A program made the translations under genes and the position numbers. A stretch of DNA of 32,000 bases, taken from contig ACYB01000042.1 of assembly GCA_000175855.1 (NCBI GenBank), positions 180,001 to 212,000 of the forward strand, in the 5' to 3' direction. The notes beneath the pieces were generated by a model. It saw only the letters and a program-made list of their open reading frames with translations, was not told the origin of the DNA and searched no databases. This document shows positions 27,929 to 32,000 of this stretch, one piece after another (the first letter of the stretch is position 1; each line of letters opens with the position of its first letter). Origin of the DNA: Raphidiopsis brookii D9 (lineage in GTDB: Bacteria; Cyanobacteriota; Cyanobacteriia; Cyanobacteriales; Nostocaceae).

Positions 27929-28771
27929 TTGGATGAGCTGAGGACAGTTCTGGAGTTGGCGACCCAGGAAGAACTGCAAGACATCACCGCAATTCTGTTC
28001 AGTCGTAAATTTAACCCCTTAGATTATGTTCACACCCCGGAACCTGTCATGGTACAAAGCCAAAATCGTCAGGCCTGGTTAGATACTTTAGAGAGTAGAT
28101 TTAGATTTTTAGCAGCTGATGGAATAACAGTGTTGCGTAAGCGTACTGAACAAGTAACATATAGGCAAGCCCTAATTCAAGTTTGTAAGCATTTAAAAAT
28201 ATCCTATTATGAAGAATTATCAACCGTTGATTTAGAAGCAGAAGTATTTTTGCATCTTCTAGGAAAAGTTTGGAGAAAATTACCACGACAACAACGGCAA
28301 AAAATTTCTTCTCGAATACAGTCTCAACTAATAACGTCAGATTTACCCAATTCCGTGTTACAATTGTTGCCTACAGATTCTCTGGGATTGATTTTCAAAG
28401 CTGGTAGTGCAGTAGCGGTCACTTCCGTTATTCAACCATATTTACTCAAACAAATTGCTTGTCAGTTTGCTACCCATTTAGCCACCTATCAGGTAGCCAA
28501 GCAAGCTACCATTGTTGGAACAGAAATGGCCAGTCAACAAATTAAAAACTATGTTACCGCCCAAATGGCGCGACGGGGAATGACCCTCAGTGCTGCTCGT
28601 TATGGTGCGGTACGCACTGTTTTTTCTATCGTGGGACCCGTAATGTGGGCTTGGTTCCTAGCAGATTTGGGTTGGCGGACAATTTCTACTAACTATGGTC
28701 GTATTATTCCCACTATTTTCACCCTTGCTCAAATTCGTCTCACTCGCACAGAATGTTGGCAGCCAACTTAA
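27929..28771 (+). CDS. YaaW/UPF0174-like protein
   Basis: 280 aa with a TTG start 7 nt after AAGGAGGA. The architecture resembles E. coli YaaW: an N-terminal ELATQEELQDITAILF segment, YRQALIQVCKHLKI, the LGKVWRKLPRQQRQ region and a hydrophobic C-terminal half. Confidence 0.45.
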   Translation: MDELRTVLELATQEELQDITAILFSRKFNPLDYVHTPEPVMVQSQNRQAWLDTLESRFRFLAADGITVLRKRTEQVTYRQALIQVCKHLKISYYEELSTVDLEAEVFLHLLGKVWRKLPRQQRQKISSRIQSQLITSDLPNSVLQLLPTDSLGLIFKAGSAVAVTSVIQPYLLKQIACQFATHLATYQVAKQATIVGTEMASQQIKNYVTAQMARRGMTLSAARYGAVRTVFSIVGPVMWAWFLADLGWRTISTNYGRIIPTIFTLAQIRLTRTECWQPT

Positions 28772-30059
28772 AGCAAATTCAACAGTTTTTTGTCCATCCC
28801 CATTCTAGTCTACAACTACCATGGAATAGTTTGTTGCTGGGGTTACTGATTCTCCCCATTAATCCATTTTTTGGGGCCATAGCCATTGGTTGGGCATCCT
28901 ATAAGACCTGGAGAAAAAAATACTCCAGTATTCAACGCAAAACCTTGAATCATTTATTGGTAATTTTAAGTTTTTGGTTTTTAATTACTACTGGATTTAC
29001 GGTATTTGCTAGGGATCAACCAGATGCTTTTTTAGGATTATTCAATTTCTTGCCATATTTTGTAGTGTTTGCTGGATTAACTCCTTTAATCACCACGGTT
29101 AGTGAATTACGTCAATTGACTTGGATTATTGTATGCAGTTCTTTACCTGTAGTAATGATTGGCTTGGGACAACTGTTTTTAGGTTGGCATGCACGATGGC
29201 AATTTCTATCAGTAGTGGTTAATTTGACAATTGACCCTGGGGGAGAACCCTTGGTAAGAATGTCCTCCGTATTTATGAACGCCAATACCCTAGCAGCTTA
29301 TCTGATTACCGTATTGATTTTGGGCTTAGGTTTATGGTTAGAAAATTATCACAAGATCCGCAAAAAAGCAAATCCCCTAGGGTTTATATTTTTAAGTGTA
29401 GTGATCATTGCTAACTTTTTAGCTTTGATTTTAACCGGCTCTCGTAATGGTTGGGGAATAGCAGTTATGGCTTGTATTGCCTATGCTCTTTATCAAGGTT
29501 GGCGACTAATTATAGCTGGAGTAATAGGGTTAACTACCAGTATTATATTAGCATCCTTTGCAACTGAGAGAATCGCTTCTGTTTTTCGTAGTTTCGTTCC
29601 CCGTTTTATCTGGGCGCGATTAAATTCTGACACACCCCTGGCATTAATGCGTAAAACCCAGTGGCAGTTTGCTTGGGATTTGACCCTACAACAACCTTTA
29701 AGCGGTTGGGGTCTACGCAGTTTCCCTCACCTTTATGAGCAGAAAATGGGTGTTAGTGTTAACCATCCCCACAATCTGTTTTTAATGCTATCAGCAGAAA
29801 CTGGTTTAGTTACTACCTGCTTATTTTTTGGTTTTTTTTGGCTTGGATACTAATTGCTGCCATTAAATTTTGGTACAAGTGCTCTTTACCAAAAGAAAAT
29901 AGATTGGTCTTTTTGAGTTACCTATTAGCTTTTATAGGCTGGATAATGTTTAACATGGCAGATGTGACTACTTTTGACCTGATATTAAGTGCCCTGTTCT
30001 GGGTAATTTTAGCAGCTTTATATGGTGCAGCTCATCGCTATGAAGGTTCCCATCATTAA
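28753..30059 (+). pseudogene. O-antigen ligase/polymerase-like (Wzy_C, IctB-type) polytopic membrane protein, interrupted by one frameshift
   Basis: ORF 28753-29853 has many TM helices and the motif LTGSRNGWGIAVMACIAY; it ends ...LFFGFFWLGY*. ORF 29838-30059 continues as (L)AWILIAAIKFW... with two more TM helices. The junction is the T8 run at 29832-29839, and a T9 would read ...GFFLAWILIAA.... The span is 1307 nt (3n-1). Confidence 0.7.
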
Positions 30060-30141
30060 CTCCAGCAGGGGATTTTTGTATAAATCCCAGATTTTGTCCT
30101 ATTCTATTGGATATCAGCAGTTACAATTTTATGTCTAGTTT

Positions 30142-30657
30142 ATGCCCACTACAGCAGATTTTCTTCAATACTCCCAATGGTCAGGAATCACGACCATAGC
30201 ACTTGCAGCACTGACAATTTTGGCTCTTCTATTTAAATGGGGATTACGTTTTCGCTTGGTAGGTGCAACTGGTTTTATGCTTGTGCTCACAGTAGGACTC
30301 TTTTCACTATCCCTAGTTCCCCTCAGTCGTACAGTAATTCCTGGTGCTTCTAGATATACTTTAGTTTATGACAATGGTTCCAACCAAGCTGTAATTGCTA
30401 CCAGTCCAGATATTACTCCTACCCAGCTAGAAGCAACTTTACGCCAAGCAGCTAGTAATCTCTACTCCTACGGGCGCATGGGATCTGGAAGGAATAACAG
30501 TTTGACAATTCGCGCTCGGACAGTTCTCCACCCAGAATCAGGTATATCAACACCTGTCTACTTGGGTAAAGTGGAAAGAACACTAGTTACCCGCGAAGAC
30601 CCACAAATGTTGGTGGAAGTCTTCTTGGATAAATTTCCCCAATTACCACCATCCTGA
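30142..30657 (+). CDS. Ycf51-like (DUF2518-type) membrane-anchored protein
   Basis: 171 aa with two N-terminal TM helices followed by a soluble domain. The family name is from memory of overall architecture and sequence flavour and is not verified. Confidence 0.4.
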   Translation: MPTTADFLQYSQWSGITTIALAALTILALLFKWGLRFRLVGATGFMLVLTVGLFSLSLVPLSRTVIPGASRYTLVYDNGSNQAVIATSPDITPTQLEATLRQAASNLYSYGRMGSGRNNSLTIRARTVLHPESGISTPVYLGKVERTLVTREDPQMLVEVFLDKFPQLPPS

Positions 30658-30734
30658 AATCATTTAGGTTTTGACCCATATAGTACATATTTATTATTAA
30701 TATTTGTGGTGGTGTTTGCCATACTATATCTATT

Positions 30735-31916
30735 ATGTCTATCGTGTCTATCATGGCTAGTCTATTATCCACTCCCACCACTAGTTCTTTCTTGACATTA
30801 ACTGTTGCTCCAGCAAAGGTAATCCGAGGTGCTGGGGTTCTCAGATCATCTGCTATTTCAGAAATTTCTACCCTAGGGAATCGTCCCCTAATTGTGACAG
30901 GAAAACATACTCTCAATATTTATCAGGAGAGTTTACAGACCATCTTCCAAAGTGGGGATTTGGATGCTTTGGCTACTTCCTATAGCCCAGATTGCTGTGA
31001 AGTAAGTTTGAAAGCGTTACGGAAAGCAGTTAAAGAACATAAGGCAAATGTGATTATTGGTCTAGGTGGCGGGAAGTCCATAGACACAGCTAAACTATTA
31101 GGACATCAATTACAGTTACCAGTAGTAACAATTCCTACATCTGCTGCCACCTGTGCAGCATGGACAGCCTTATCTAATGTGTATTCTGCATCGGGGGCAT
31201 TTTTATATGATGTTCCCTTGTGTAGGTGTCCGGATTTGCTAATTTTAGATTATGATTTGATTAAAACAGCACCCCGGGAAACTCTGGTAGCTGGAATTGG
31301 AGATGGGATTGCCAAATGGTATGAAGCATCTGTTAGTAGTGGTAATATGCAGGATACACTAATTATTGCTGCAGTTCAACAAGCTAGAGTTTTACGCGAT
31401 ATACTATTACAAAAGTCCGCAGCAGCTTTAGACTCTCCTGGTAGTCAAATTTGGCAAGAGGTGGTAGATTGCAGTGTGATGTTAGCAGGTGTGATTGGTG
31501 GTTTAGGGGGAGCCCGCTGTCGTACAGTTGCTGCCCATGCAGTACATAATGGGTTAACTCACATTTGTGGACATGGTAGCATTCATGGAGAAAAGGTGGC
31601 ATACGGAATTTTAGTGCAATTGCGATTAGAAGAAATGCTTCAGGGCAATCAATTAGCGGAAACCGCTAGACAGCAGTTATTAAAATTCTATACAGAAATT
31701 GGACTGCCACAAAAATTGGCGGATTTGGGACTGGGAAATATTTCTTTGACTCAATTGCAAACAGCAGCAGAAATAGCCCTAGCTCCTAATTCTGATATCC
31801 ATCGGTTACCCTTTTCCCTATCCTCGGAACAGTTAATGGCGGCCATGATTTCTACTACCGCTCCGGTTCTAAGACAACGGGATTCATCATCGTTAACCAC
31901 CCAAACGACTAATTAA
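30735..31916 (+). CDS. Iron-containing alcohol dehydrogenase family protein, glycerol-dehydrogenase-like
   Basis: 393 aa with the GLGGGKSIDTAKLL nucleotide-binding motif, a metal-binding His region AAHAVHNGLTH and HGEKVAYGILVQL. The exact start among the N-terminal Met codons is uncertain. Confidence 0.75.
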   Translation: MSIVSIMASLLSTPTTSSFLTLTVAPAKVIRGAGVLRSSAISEISTLGNRPLIVTGKHTLNIYQESLQTIFQSGDLDALATSYSPDCCEVSLKALRKAVKEHKANVIIGLGGGKSIDTAKLLGHQLQLPVVTIPTSAATCAAWTALSNVYSASGAFLYDVPLCRCPDLLILDYDLIKTAPRETLVAGIGDGIAKWYEASVSSGNMQDTLIIAAVQQARVLRDILLQKSAAALDSPGSQIWQEVVDCSVMLAGVIGGLGGARCRTVAAHAVHNGLTHICGHGSIHGEKVAYGILVQLRLEEMLQGNQLAETARQQLLKFYTEIGLPQKLADLGLGNISLTQLQTAAEIALAPNSDIHRLPFSLSSEQLMAAMISTTAPVLRQRDSSSLTTQTTN

Positions 31917-32000
31917 CAATTGGCCATCATTAAAAGTGCTTACAAAAACGTTTACAAAGAGTGACGAATTATTTTGAGGTTGAAGAATGAGTTTAAGTTG

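Noticed and set aside
27752-27979. 75-aa minus-strand ORF in the intergenic region upstream of the YaaW-like gene
   Set aside because: It has no RBS, an odd Cys/Phe-rich composition, and it overlaps the SD and start of the plus-strand gene. It is probably non-coding promoter/5' UTR DNA.
1949-30059. Programmed ribosomal frameshifting as the explanation for the six split genes
   Set aside because: The shifts go in both directions (+1 and -1). There are no slippery heptamers with downstream pseudoknots or SD-like stimulators. The orthologues I know of these genes are encoded in a single frame. Indel error or mutation is far more parsimonious.
30587-30916. 109-aa minus-strand ORF spanning the Ycf51-like/Fe-ADH intergenic region; also 31384-31602 (-)
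   Set aside because: It overlaps both flanking plus-strand genes in antisense and has no motifs.
1-32000. Search for CRISPR arrays, toxin-antitoxin pairs, restriction-modification or other defence islands, rRNA genes, integrases and prophage remnants
   Set aside because: No direct-repeat/spacer arrays, nuclease/methylase/ATPase defence-type ORFs, integrase or phage structural genes were seen. Every sizeable ORF is accounted for by housekeeping or conserved hypothetical genes.
31987-32000. ATG at 31987 (ATGAGTTTAAGTTG), possibly the start of the next gene
   Set aside because: Only 14 nt are available, which is too short to support any call.

Overview
This window is a chromosomal segment of a cyanobacterium, probably a filamentous Nostocales-type strain. 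Supporting evidence: AT-rich coding sequence, eight perfect HIP1 octamers (GCGATCGC), and cyanobacteria-typical proteins (RpoZ, GUN4-domain, PetC3-like Rieske, Ycf51-like). The left quarter carries the complete nitrate-assimilation operon nirA-nrtA-nrtB-nrtC-nrtD-narB on the minus strand; narB runs off the left edge. Its promoter is a textbook NtcA-activated type: GTA-N8-TAC, then 22 nt, then TAAATT. The rest is ordinary housekeeping and conserved-hypothetical content: GDP-fucose synthesis (gmd, fcl), 5-formyl-THF cyclo-ligase, tRNA-Pro(GGG), rpoZ, icd, rpe, zeta-carotene desaturase, an S8 peptidase, a HesB/IscA protein, epimerase-family proteins, an O-antigen-ligase-like membrane protein and an Fe-ADH/glycerol-dehydrogenase-like enzyme. 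I found no rRNA, CRISPR array, prophage, recognisable defence island or intact mobile element; the only mobile-element trace is a heavily decayed TnpB (IS200/IS605-type) relic. The most striking signal is that six of about 33 conserved genes are each split by exactly one 1-nt indel inside a mononucleotide run and look intact otherwise: nrtC, nrtB, a PotD-like binding protein, icd, crtQ/zds and the O-antigen-ligase-like gene. From sequence alone I cannot tell homopolymer assembly errors from very recent genuine gene erosion of the kind seen in obligate-symbiont cyanobacteria. I did not find convincing evidence for a novel multi-gene system. The remaining findings are modest single-gene or regulatory observations, scored accordingly.
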